A stretch of 14,159 bases of DNA from Nitrosospira multiformis ATCC 25196 (GCF_000196355.1 NC_007617.1:1-14159); one strand, 5' to 3'; counted from the stretch's first letter, positions 6,452-14,086 are shown. Notes: generated from the sequence alone by a model not told the origin. Translations and numbers: made by a program.

Positions 6452-8053
6452 ATGGCAATCGCGCGCCTGAGCATGAAAGTGGGGAAAGCGGGCCGAGCGT
6501 GCCCGCATGCTGCCTACATCGTGCGCGCGGGGCAGCATGCCCGGCATCTTTCCCGGGGCGAGAGGCTCGAAGCGGTTGAAGCGGGCAACCTGCCGGCCTG
6601 GGCGCAACATGATCCGCTGCTTTTCTGGCAGATGGCGGATGCTTATGAGCGCAGCAACGGTACCACCTACCGGGAGATGGAGATTGCCCTGCCAAGGGAA
6701 CTCGATGCCGGGCAGCGGGCAGCGCTGGTGCGGGCATTCGTCGCCCAGGAGATCGGAGGCCGTCACGCGTACCAGTGGGCCATCCACACCCCTATCGCAG
6801 CGGATGGCCAAGCGCAGCCGCACGTCCACCTCATGTTCTCCGAGCGACAGGTGGATGGCATTGAGCGCGACCCGGAACAGTACTTCAAGCGCTACAACGC
6901 CAGGAATCCGGAGAAGGGCGGGGCGCGCAAGGGCTATGGGCCGCGTGCGGGCCAGACCCTGAGCCGGGCCGAGCGCGCAGCGGATCTGAAGGAATTGAGG
7001 GCCCGCTGGCAGGAGATGGCCAATACCCATCTTGAGCAGCTGGGGCACAGCGCGCGCATCGACATGCGCAGCCATGCAGAGCGCGGTACAGGTCTTCTTC
7101 CTGAGAAGAAGCAGCTGCCGAGCCAGTGGCGGGGGGAAGGGCGAGGGAACATCATCGAATTCCGCCAGGCGCGGGCGGCGCTCGTGCAAGCCCATGAGCA
7201 TATGCAGCAGGCGGTACCCGATGCGAAGGCCGAAGTCATCAGCCTGGAAGCTGAGCGGGAGCGACGGATACGGGATCGGGAGGAGCGGAGCCAGGCGGAG
7301 AGGCTGCGCATCGAGCGCATGACGAGCCGCGAGCTCAAAGCCGAGATCGAGCGGCTGCGGCCGCTATCAATCAAAGCCGCGGTTGATCGTCACCCGGAGG
7401 TGATGGCTGCGCGAAAGATCCATGCCTCCCTGTCGTATCAGATGCGGCAGGCGCAGGAAAAGATGCAGCGGGCCACGCTGCAAATGCACGACTGGCGCAG
7501 AGCCCATCCGCTACGGGCCAGGACGCACGACCTGGGACTGATCCCATCCAGTTACCTCATCGAGCGCGAGCAGACCAGGGAAGAAGCCCGGTTGCGGGCT
7601 GAGGATCTTAAGCCCGGGGTCGACGATGCGAGAAGGCGGGCCGAGGATATTGCCGCCGACATCGGACAGCGCATGGAGATCGAACAGAAGCCAGTGCGCG
7701 AGCAGGTGGCCAAGCTTGAGCGCATCTGGCAGCAGAAGGCTAACCAGGAGTTGGAGGTGCTGCGGCAAGCAAAGAAACTAGACTGGGCCATATCAGAGTT
7801 CAAGAGCCACGCCATCAGCCGTGCACTGAAAGTTCCCAGTTACAGCGACACCGGCACACAGTGGAAAGCGCTGCCGGAGAGCGCACGTGAAGCGATAGAC
7901 CGGTTCAATACCCTTCCAAAGGACGAACGGGCGCGGGAGCTGGAAAGGATGCGGGAGTATTTCAGGCAGCAGGGGCCGAAAGCTGTGGAGGGACTGGTGC
8001 AGGAAATGAGTCAGGGGAAAAGCAGGAATAGGGGTCAGGGATGGGAGCTTTGA
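6452..8053 (+). CDS. mobA: MobA/MobL-family (MOBQ) relaxase
   Basis: 533 aa. The N-terminus MAIARLSMKVGKAGRACPHAAYIVRAG carries the catalytic-Tyr context. The histidine triad region is HTPIAADGQAQPHVHLMFSE. The C-terminal half is a long charged coiled coil, and no primase-like segment is evident. Confidence 0.9.
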   Translation: MAIARLSMKVGKAGRACPHAAYIVRAGQHARHLSRGERLEAVEAGNLPAWAQHDPLLFWQMADAYERSNGTTYREMEIALPRELDAGQRAALVRAFVAQEIGGRHAYQWAIHTPIAADGQAQPHVHLMFSERQVDGIERDPEQYFKRYNARNPEKGGARKGYGPRAGQTLSRAERAADLKELRARWQEMANTHLEQLGHSARIDMRSHAERGTGLLPEKKQLPSQWRGEGRGNIIEFRQARAALVQAHEHMQQAVPDAKAEVISLEAERERRIRDREERSQAERLRIERMTSRELKAEIERLRPLSIKAAVDRHPEVMAARKIHASLSYQMRQAQEKMQRATLQMHDWRRAHPLRARTHDLGLIPSSYLIEREQTREEARLRAEDLKPGVDDARRRAEDIAADIGQRMEIEQKPVREQVAKLERIWQQKANQELEVLRQAKKLDWAISEFKSHAISRALKVPSYSDTGTQWKALPESAREAIDRFNTLPKDERARELERMREYFRQQGPKAVEGLVQEMSQGKSRNRGQGWEL

Positions 8054-8116
8054 GCATGATAAAATCATGGAAGTTGCTGAACGACTACAGCGCGTTAAAC
8101 TGGGGGAGATTCAGTA

Positions 8117-9049
8117 TCAGTTAAGAGAAATGCTGTAAGAACCAGCAACATGACTAATAAAATCGAGCTCTACATCTGTGCGGGTATAAATCCCACCATC
8201 TCCACATGGCTTACTAGCACCACGAAACGCCCTAGAGGTGAGGGCAGCAACTTTCCTTTGAGGGCCTAGGTCTATATAGGCGGGACCGCCACTATCCCCA
8301 TTACAACTATCGAAACCAAGGCCTCCAGCAAGGATTTCAACATCAGATTCAAATCCATACTTGATTTCGAGAGCGTCTAAATCATCATTAGGATCTTTTC
8401 TAATGCCAATTATGTCTACTTGCACATGCCTTTTTTCCCCAAATCCTCTCGTGCTATAGACATCTGAGTTTCCAAAACCTACTAGTGAAAGTTGTTGAGA
8501 GGATTTCAATTCATTGGTAGTAGCTAAAGGACAGGGGGGAGTTGTGGCAGGTTTTTTTAGGATTATTACTGATATATCATGAAGCCCTGTTTGAAGATAC
8601 TTTGGATGGGCAACACTAATTTTTGCAGGGATTACTTCTGCATCTTTTAAATGGTTCATGCTTTCGCATGACAAAGCAACAACTGAAGCCGTAACTCTTG
8701 GTGGTTGATGACAATGGGCAGCTGTAAGAACGATTTGGGGATGTACGAGTACCCCGGTACAGTTCCATTGAACTATTCCGTTTGGCAGTGACTCTCCTAT
8801 AAGACAACAATCTTTATATTCTCCTTTGCTTACAGGTGTACCACCGATAATACGTGCAGTTGCCAGAGCCAGCTGAATAGCATGATTATTTCTAAGGGCT
8901 CGATCTAAGGGGGCTTCGTTCATATAGGAAGTCAAAAGGCTTCCTAGAGCATTAAATTTATCAGCCAATCTTCTGTGAGCTTCCATTGGATCAAAAGACT
9001 CCTCTTTTCCAGTACAACCTGCACTGGTGCAGCCAAAACGCTGGTTCAT
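8117..9049 (-). CDS. Trypsin-fold (S1 family) serine protease zymogen, no signal peptide
   Basis: Catalytic triad contexts are LTAAHC, HDISVIIL and GDSGGP. An Asp occupies the S1-pocket position (GFDSCNGDSGGP). A canonical activation junction, ATAR-IIGGTPV, follows a hydrophilic pro-region of about 65 aa. The ORF-track start at 9061 is a TTG. The ATG at 9049 has GGAG 7 nt upstream and is preferred. Confidence 0.9.
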   Translation of the reverse strand: MNQRFGCTSAGCTGKEESFDPMEAHRRLADKFNALGSLLTSYMNEAPLDRALRNNHAIQLALATARIIGGTPVSKGEYKDCCLIGESLPNGIVQWNCTGVLVHPQIVLTAAHCHQPPRVTASVVALSCESMNHLKDAEVIPAKISVAHPKYLQTGLHDISVIILKKPATTPPCPLATTNELKSSQQLSLVGFGNSDVYSTRGFGEKRHVQVDIIGIRKDPNDDLDALEIKYGFESDVEILAGGLGFDSCNGDSGGPAYIDLGPQRKVAALTSRAFRGASKPCGDGGIYTRTDVELDFISHVAGSYSISLN

Positions 9050-9064
9050 CTTATTCTCCAATTG

Positions 9065-9358
9065 TTATTGTCTTCCAGGGGATGGTGCTAATAAGCCCAC
9101 TAGACCGCCGACAGCTGCTGTTGATAGGGGAAGCAGAAGCTTTATGAATTCTTCTGAAGCAAACATTGCGAGAGGAAAAATGAGGATTATGGCAGCGCTC
9201 AATGCGCTTACGACTATCCTATATATCCATTTATCGGTTTCTAGAGGGGATTTAAGCTCCTCAATCTTCTCAAGAATTGGCTTTTTTTCTTGAGCGTCAA
9301 TAGGAGATTCCTCTACGAGTGCTCGGATTCTATCAAGTTGTTGAATATCCCTGTTCAT
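9065..9358 (-). CDS. Small membrane protein: hydrophilic helical N-terminus plus two C-terminal TM helices
   Basis: 97 aa. The N-terminal 43 residues are charged (MNRDIQQLDRIRALVEESPIDAQEKKPILEKIEELK). Two hydrophobic spans follow, WIYRIVVSALSAAIILIFPLAMFA and FIKLLLPLSTAAVGGLVGLLAP. GGGAG lies upstream. The stop is 15 nt before the protease ATG. No family recognised. Confidence 0.7.
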   Translation of the reverse strand: MNRDIQQLDRIRALVEESPIDAQEKKPILEKIEELKSPLETDKWIYRIVVSALSAAIILIFPLAMFASEEFIKLLLPLSTAAVGGLVGLLAPSPGRQ

Positions 9359-9504
9359 TTGGCATTAACTCCCGTTAATTCAATGGTTTTATTTTTATTT
9401 ATAGATGAAAGAATAGGCAAAGTAAGAAAAATGCATGTCCGACAGCAAAATTTTCCATTTTAGAGCGGCACTGATTCTGATTCGGGTCGCTACTATGGGA
9501 CACA

Positions 9505-10182
9505 TCACTTTAATTCCTTCGAAACACAAACCATATACTTGTCTATCCGCACAAGTTTGTCTTCAATATCTTTCGTTGACTCAAAGCAATTTCTTAAAAG
9601 AGTCTGCTTAGTTAGAAGCTTAGCTCTCATAATGCGGCCATGCAATTTATGCTCCTGCAGCTTTAATAGAAAGTTGTTTTGGAGATCGTCATTTTTGAGC
9701 ATAGATGCACATATACTCCCCAAAGAAGGGGGTTGTAAGCTTACCAAGTACTCAAGCTGTTTCTTGGCCGATGCAAGCTCGGTTTGATTACTGGTTTGAT
9801 TACTGCGCTGGTTCCTATTCCTTTCTACTTCAGCTATCTGGTCGAGTACCTTAGCGCGGGTTTTGCTTATTAGCTTAGCGAGCTCCTCATCTGGAGCTCC
9901 ACCCGTTCTGTTCCGATCTAGCGCTACAACGCAGGCATCAATAAGGGTTCCCGAGGCGTCATCGTCAAGAAAATTAGCATGAATTTGAGCTACCACTTCC
10001 GGGGAGAGGGTGGAATCTCCATTCTGAATTAAGCCAAGTGAGTCACCTGCAACCGGCCCAGACTGAGCTGTCGTAACTGAAGATTGGAACTCAAGCAATA
10101 CTAGATTAGTTACAACTTCATCGAGCTTTTTGCCAGCAGTTGAAATAGCTTTCTTTTTTTTCTCCTTTGATGTGCTCCCCAT
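9505..10182 (-). CDS. Hypothetical protein (225 aa from the native ATG), predicted soluble and helical
   Basis: A long ORF in low-GC DNA. The ORF-track start (10194) lies inside the IS inverted repeat. The first host-derived ATG is at 10182 (MGSTSKEKKKK...). The gene contains a 12-bp tandem duplication at 9781-9804 encoding NQTSNQT. No family recognised. Confidence 0.6.
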   Translation of the reverse strand: MGSTSKEKKKKAISTAGKKLDEVVTNLVLLEFQSSVTTAQSGPVAGDSLGLIQNGDSTLSPEVVAQIHANFLDDDASGTLIDACVVALDRNRTGGAPDEELAKLISKTRAKVLDQIAEVERNRNQRSNQTSNQTELASAKKQLEYLVSLQPPSLGSICASMLKNDDLQNNFLLKLQEHKLHGRIMRAKLLTKQTLLRNCFESTKDIEDKLVRIDKYMVCVSKELK

Positions 10183-10235
10183 AAAACGTGCCATCTGGAA
10201 TCTAGTAAAGTTCGTTTTTCGAGAGGAGAACGGAC

Positions 10236-10499
10236 GTGAAGAAGCGATTTACGGATGAACAAATTATTGGATTTCTGAAGCAGGCAGATGGAGGCATTCC
10301 GGTCAGGGAATTGTGCCGCCAGCATGGTTTTTCCGATGCGTCGTTTTACACCTGGCGTGCCAGGTTTGGTGGGATGACAGTATCGGATGCCAGGCGGTTG
10401 CGAGATCTTGAAGCAGAGAATGCTCAGCTCAAGAAGCTTTTAGCCGAGTCGCTTCTTGATGCTCAAGCCTTGAAGGTTGCTTTGGGCCGAAAGCATTAA
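10236..10499 (+). CDS. IS3-family transposase OrfA (HTH/leucine zipper)
   Basis: GTG start. MKKRFTDEQIIGFLKQADGGIPVRELCRQHGFSDASFYTWRARFGGM...LEAENAQLKKLLAE is the characteristic IS3/IS407-group OrfA sequence. Confidence 0.9.
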   Translation: MKKRFTDEQIIGFLKQADGGIPVRELCRQHGFSDASFYTWRARFGGMTVSDARRLRDLEAENAQLKKLLAESLLDAQALKVALGRKH

Positions 10500-10525
10500 C
10501 TCCACAGGCCAGGCGTGAGGCAGTA

Positions 10526-11356
10526 ATGGCGATGCTTGAGCAGACGAACGTTTCCGAACGCCGTGCCTGCCTGCTTGTGGATATATCACGTACGGTATTG
10601 CACTACATGTCCAAGGTGCGGCTGGAGAATGAGCAACTGCAAGGTCGAATGGTTGAGTTGGCCTCTGAACGCCGTCGTTTTGGTTATCGACGCATTCATG
10701 CCCTGCTGCGGCGTGAGGGTGTTGAAGCCAATCACAAACGCATCTTTCGCCTTTACCAGGCTGCCGGGTTGGCAGTAAAGCGCCGACGCAGGCGAGGGGG
10801 CGTAGCAGTTGAACGTGAGCAATTGGCATTGCCAAGCCAGCCCAACGAGGTATGGTCAATGGATTTCATCTGTGATGCACTGGCGAATGGCAGACGCATC
10901 AAGGTATTGACCATCGTTGATGACTTCACCAAGGAATCCATTGATCTGGTAGCTGAACATGGCATTTCGGGACAACATGTCGTGCGCGTATTGGAGCAAG
11001 CTTCACAGTTTCGTGGGTTGCCCTTGGCCATTCGCACCGATCAGGGACCGGAGTTCACCAGCAAGGCACTGGATCAGTGGGCTTATAAGCATGGTGTCCA
11101 GCTCAAATTGATTGAGGCGGGCAAGCCGACGCAAAATGCATATATTGAGAGCTTCAACGGTCGGTTTCGGGATGAGTGCCTGAACGATCACTGGTTTACC
11201 AGCCTGGCTGAGGCACGGATTCGGATATCAGCCTGGCGGCGCGACTACAACGAGCATCGACCGCACAGTGCACTAAATTACCTAACCCCGGCAGAATTTG
11301 CAGCCAACTGCCGCAGGCAAGAAGAAATAAACGGCTGTGAAAGAAATGGAAGCTAA
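10526..11356 (+). CDS. IS3-family transposase OrfB (DDE catalytic domain), probably expressed as an OrfAB fusion by -1 frameshift
   Basis: The frame is -1 relative to orfA and is open from 10460, so the frameshift window is 10460-10499. DDE contexts are VWSMDF, IRTDQGPEFTS and YIESFNGRFRDECLN. Confidence 0.9.
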   Translation: MAMLEQTNVSERRACLLVDISRTVLHYMSKVRLENEQLQGRMVELASERRRFGYRRIHALLRREGVEANHKRIFRLYQAAGLAVKRRRRRGGVAVEREQLALPSQPNEVWSMDFICDALANGRRIKVLTIVDDFTKESIDLVAEHGISGQHVVRVLEQASQFRGLPLAIRTDQGPEFTSKALDQWAYKHGVQLKLIEAGKPTQNAYIESFNGRFRDECLNDHWFTSLAEARIRISAWRRDYNEHRPHSALNYLTPAEFAANCRRQEEINGCERNGS

Positions 11357-11393
11357 TTTATAACTGAACTTTGCTAGAACGCCCCTGGCACTA

Positions 11394-12149
11394 CTACCGG
11401 GGGCACATCACCTTAGCTTGATCATCGGTTTCTGGTAGCTCGACCGCCTCTTGCAGTTGCTGTGATGCGTCCTTAACTGCAACACGTGCTTCATCTAGTT
11501 TCTTTGGATCCGTGCCTTTTGTGGAGGCGCTGCTACCTAGAGCAGCAAGTTTTTGCCCAAATGCTCCAGCAGCAATTTCAGAGGCCAACATGCTAGCCAT
11601 TGTCTTGTCGAAACGCGCTAGCATGAGCGTATAGCTCGTGTCACTAATGGCACCGTTTTGGAAGGCTTCGCAAGCGCGATACATTTTGTCCCGCAGCAAT
11701 TGCACCGTCGATAGTCGCGCTCCCAATTGGGCGATGCTTGATGCGTAGGACGATCCAACTGATCCCGATCCGCTAATGTTCTTTATTTCCGAGGCCTTTA
11801 TGTCAACCTTTGCAGCAGCAGTGAAGGCAGCTGATATTGCTTGAGCAACGTCAGGACTAGGTTCGGCACAAATGATACGGGTAGGGTGATTTTTAATTAC
11901 ATGATCGGTGTTGGCTGAAGAGGTATCACTTGAACCATCACTTTTACCGCTAGATCTCCTAATGCCGACATCTGCTTTTGTGTTAATGATGGCACGTTGT
12001 TTAGCATCTGTGATTAGAGATGGATTACCGCCCGGCGTATTGTTAGAATCGAGGGCTTCCGTATAGTTAATGCGTCGTTCTTGTCGATCCAAAAATGCGC
12101 ATCCTGTAGACAAAAGCGGAACTAAGCAGATAATTAGACCTATTTTCAT
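11394..12149 (-). CDS. Putative lipoprotein of unknown function
   Basis: 251 aa. The N-terminus MKIGLIICLVPLLSTGC looks like a signal peptide with a lipobox-like Cys17. An S/G/T-rich linker and an alanine-rich helical C-terminal half follow. SD GAGG lies 8 nt upstream. The TAG stop is doubled (TAGTAG) and abuts the IS right end. Confidence 0.7.
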   Translation of the reverse strand: MKIGLIICLVPLLSTGCAFLDRQERRINYTEALDSNNTPGGNPSLITDAKQRAIINTKADVGIRRSSGKSDGSSDTSSANTDHVIKNHPTRIICAEPSPDVAQAISAAFTAAAKVDIKASEIKNISGSGSVGSSYASSIAQLGARLSTVQLLRDKMYRACEAFQNGAISDTSYTLMLARFDKTMASMLASEIAAGAFGQKLAALGSSASTKGTDPKKLDEARVAVKDASQQLQEAVELPETDDQAKVMCPR

Positions 12150-12559
12150 TATTAGAACCTCAATTATAGAGAGAGGGATTAATCAGTCTTCTTGGAATTA
12201 GCAACAGTGCAGATTGTGAATTCCGATCCATCATCGACCCGCATCACTTTTTTCGTAAAAATTCTTTCTTGCGACCCCCATTAAAATTAAATTAGCAATA
12301 TCCTTCTGAAGGATTCAATTCTTATATTTCCTTTTAAATTCATACCCTGATAGTCTTATTTATAGGTTTTTTGGCTTTATTTTGCTTGTTATTTATCGTT
12401 TCGTTTATAGTAACGGGCATTGCAAAAAGTCTTCCCTTCACTACACAAATCTAGAGCATGTGCAAAGCAGGGATATAAGACTACCGTTTGTAAAGACCGC
12501 GCCCTACCTCCTGCTGGTGCTGGTTGTGTCAGCCCCGCTTTCGAACTCTGCTACTCAAA

Positions 12560-12597
12560 TTGACGAAAGTGTCTATAGTGGTATACGCTAATAAGCG
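12560..12597 (+). promoter_or_regulatory. Candidate promoter/operator of the xre-immA operon: TTGACG-N17-ATACGCTAATAAGCG
   Basis: The -35-like TTGACG is at 12560-12565. The 15-mer ATACGCTAATAAGCG (12583-12597) recurs exactly at 13717-13731. It lies immediately upstream of the SD GGAGGA. Confidence 0.5.
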
Positions 12598-12614
12598 GAG
12601 GAGCGGAAATTATT

Positions 12615-12950
12615 ATGACTACGATACGACAAGACCATGTTACTTTTGGTAGCTACATTGCGGAAGCGCGCAAGAAGCTATCGATGAGCCAGAAGGAGCT
12701 GGCGGCCCGTATCCTACGGGAAGAAGATGGACAGCCCATCTCTCCCCAATATCTCAATGATATCGAACGCGACCGCCGGAGCCCCACATCCGATCATTTA
12801 ATCCAGCAGTTCGCAAAGGTTCTCCAGATAGATGCGGATTACCTGCACTACCTCTCTGGTAAATTACCCGAGGAAATCAGGCAGCGGAATCTTTCCCAAG
12901 ATGATGTGAAAGCCGCTTTCATGGCCTTCCGTAAACCCAATAAAAAATAA
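12615..12950 (+). CDS. XRE-family HTH transcriptional regulator
   Basis: 111 aa. FGSYIAEARKKLSMSQKELAARI...PISPQYLNDIERDRRSPTSDHLIQQFAKVL matches the Cro/CI-type HTH_3 pattern. Confidence 0.85.
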   Translation: MTTIRQDHVTFGSYIAEARKKLSMSQKELAARILREEDGQPISPQYLNDIERDRRSPTSDHLIQQFAKVLQIDADYLHYLSGKLPEEIRQRNLSQDDVKAAFMAFRKPNKK

Positions 12951-12957
12951 TAATTTC

Positions 12958-13674
12958 ATGGTTGCTTACATACGCGACCTGACTGGTCGTTTTCAGCAGC
13001 GTCCCCACTATAAACCCGAGGAACTGGATCGCGAATGCGAATCCATCATCACGGGCTTTCTCAAAAGTCTCTACGGTAATGTTCGCTATCCGGTCGAAAC
13101 AGAAGATCTGAAAAAATTGATCGAGCGGGATGCGGATGATCTTGATGTATACGCCGACCTTTCAATTTACGGTGCGGAAGTGGAGGGAGTTACAGAGTTC
13201 TATCCTGGCCGTAAACCAATAGTCCGGATCGCGGCAGAGCTGACTGAGGATGAGCGCCGGGAGAACCGATTGCGAACAACCTTGACCCATGAATATGGCC
13301 ATGTCCACTTTCATGCTTACCTCTGGGAAATGGAGCCTCTGCAGGCGGACTTGCTTCGGCGGCAACCTAATCGCGATAAGATCATCTGCAAGCGCGACAC
13401 GATGATCGACGCGACCCATACGGACTGGATGGAGTGGCAGGCCGGTTATGTTTGCGGAGCGATTCTGATGCCTAAAACGGCCGTAGTAGGGCTATGCCGT
13501 TCGTTTGTCGAACAGCGTGGTTTATATAGTGCGGTTTCAACCCGAACGTATCACGGTCAGGACCTGATTGCTAGCGTTATCAGTTCTTTCCAGGTATCGG
13601 AAGACGCAGCCCGCGTACGCCTTATAAAGCTCGGTCTATTGACTGAGTCTGTTTCTACGCCATCCCTGTTTTAA
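12958..13674 (+). CDS. ImmA/IrrE-family zinc metallopeptidase (COG2856-type)
   Basis: 238 aa with the HEXXH motif in TLTHEYGHVHFH. It starts 7 nt after the xre stop, the classical XRE-COG2856 gene pair. Confidence 0.85.
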   Translation: MVAYIRDLTGRFQQRPHYKPEELDRECESIITGFLKSLYGNVRYPVETEDLKKLIERDADDLDVYADLSIYGAEVEGVTEFYPGRKPIVRIAAELTEDERRENRLRTTLTHEYGHVHFHAYLWEMEPLQADLLRRQPNRDKIICKRDTMIDATHTDWMEWQAGYVCGAILMPKTAVVGLCRSFVEQRGLYSAVSTRTYHGQDLIASVISSFQVSEDAARVRLIKLGLLTESVSTPSLF

Positions 13675-13693
13675 TTAATTGCTCGCAAATCTA

Positions 13694-13734
13694 TTGCAGA
13701 GCTTACACGTACTGTGATACGCTAATAAGCGTAT
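13694..13734 (+). promoter_or_regulatory. Second copy of the promoter/operator: TTGCAG-N17-ATACGCTAATAAGCGTAT
   Basis: The architecture matches 12560-12597. Here the motif is a perfect palindrome, ATACGCT-aata-AGCGTAT (13717-13734). It lies 65 nt upstream of the DUF3892-like ATG. Confidence 0.5.
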
Positions 13735-13798
13735 CGGCGGATTAGCGGTTTTGCGATGGTCGCACCTCTACCCCGGTCATTCATATAGGAGATATAAA

Positions 13799-14086
13799 AT
13801 GGCAACTAAGCATGAAGTGAAGTGCATTAATAAAACTGACCGTCCTAATCCTCACGAACGTATTCGAGCGATTGGGGGAGTGAATGCAGATGGGACAAAT
13901 TGGAAATTAAGCCAGCAAGATGCAATTCGGGGGATTGAGGATGGAAAATGGAGCTTTTACGTATCAGTACGTGGCCAGATCGTGAATGTAATTATTGGCA
14001 TTAGCCGATATGGTAATAAGTATCTAAAAACAGAAGCTGATGGAGAGCAGCCGAACAATCTTCTTTCCCTGTATGAGTGTGCTTAA
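13799..14086 (+). CDS. Small conserved protein resembling the DUF3892 family
   Basis: 95 aa from the ATG at 13799, with AGGAGA 7 nt upstream; the ORF-track start at 13751 is a TTG. From memory, the pattern VKCINKTDRPNPHERIRAIGG...WKLSQQDAIRGIEDGKWSFYV...YLKTEADGEQPNNLLSLYEC matches DUF3892. This was not checked by any search. Confidence 0.7.
   Translation: MATKHEVKCINKTDRPNPHERIRAIGGVNADGTNWKLSQQDAIRGIEDGKWSFYVSVRGQIVNVIIGISRYGNKYLKTEADGEQPNNLLSLYECA

Larger units (their letters stand above)
10189..11390 (+). mobile_element. IS3-family insertion sequence (IS407-like group), 1202 bp
   Basis: Terminal inverted repeats begin TGCCA... and end ...TGGCA; about 20 of the first 30 positions match, including TCTAG and AAAGTTC blocks. 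It has two ORFs in frames 0 and -1. No flanking direct repeat was found (AACG on the left, CTAC on the right). Confidence 0.9.

Noticed and set aside
6507-6962. 151-aa plus-strand ORF in an alternative frame inside mobA, reminiscent of mobB nested in mobA of RSF1010
   Set aside because: The translation is an R/S/G/P-rich frameshift-type sequence with no SD and no recognisable fold. GC-rich codon bias is sufficient to explain the open frame.
6191-7201. 336-aa minus-strand ORF antisense to mobA; nested ORFs 6345-6737 and 6934-7374 as well
   Set aside because: It lies entirely antisense to a confidently recognised relaxase in GC-rich DNA, where long spurious ORFs are expected. The translation is R/P/A/L-rich, low-complexity and has no recognisable motif.
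8067-8138. 23-codon ORF (MEVAERLQRVKLGEIQYQLREML) just after mobA, overlapping the protease 3' end
   Set aside because: It is too short to support, has no SD and overlaps a convergent gene. It may be a remnant at the module junction.
9399-9458. 19-codon hydrophobic mini-ORF (MENFAVGHAFFLLCLFFHL) on the minus strand, in the 146-bp gap between the 225-aa gene and the two-TM gene
   Set aside because: There is no SD upstream, and the length is within chance expectation for AT-rich DNA. It is recorded only because a leader or toxic peptide at this position would be relevant to the cluster.
10110-10325. 71-aa minus-strand ORF spanning the IS left boundary
   Set aside because: It crosses the IS/host junction antisense to orfA and overlaps the 5' end of the 225-aa gene. 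It is an artefact of the insertion.
12382-12591. 69-aa TTG-initiated ORF in the divergent intergenic region upstream of xre
   Set aside because: It has a non-ATG start, no SD and an implausible sequence. The region more likely holds the divergent promoters, including the palindrome ATCCTTC-t-GAAGGAT at 12300-12314.
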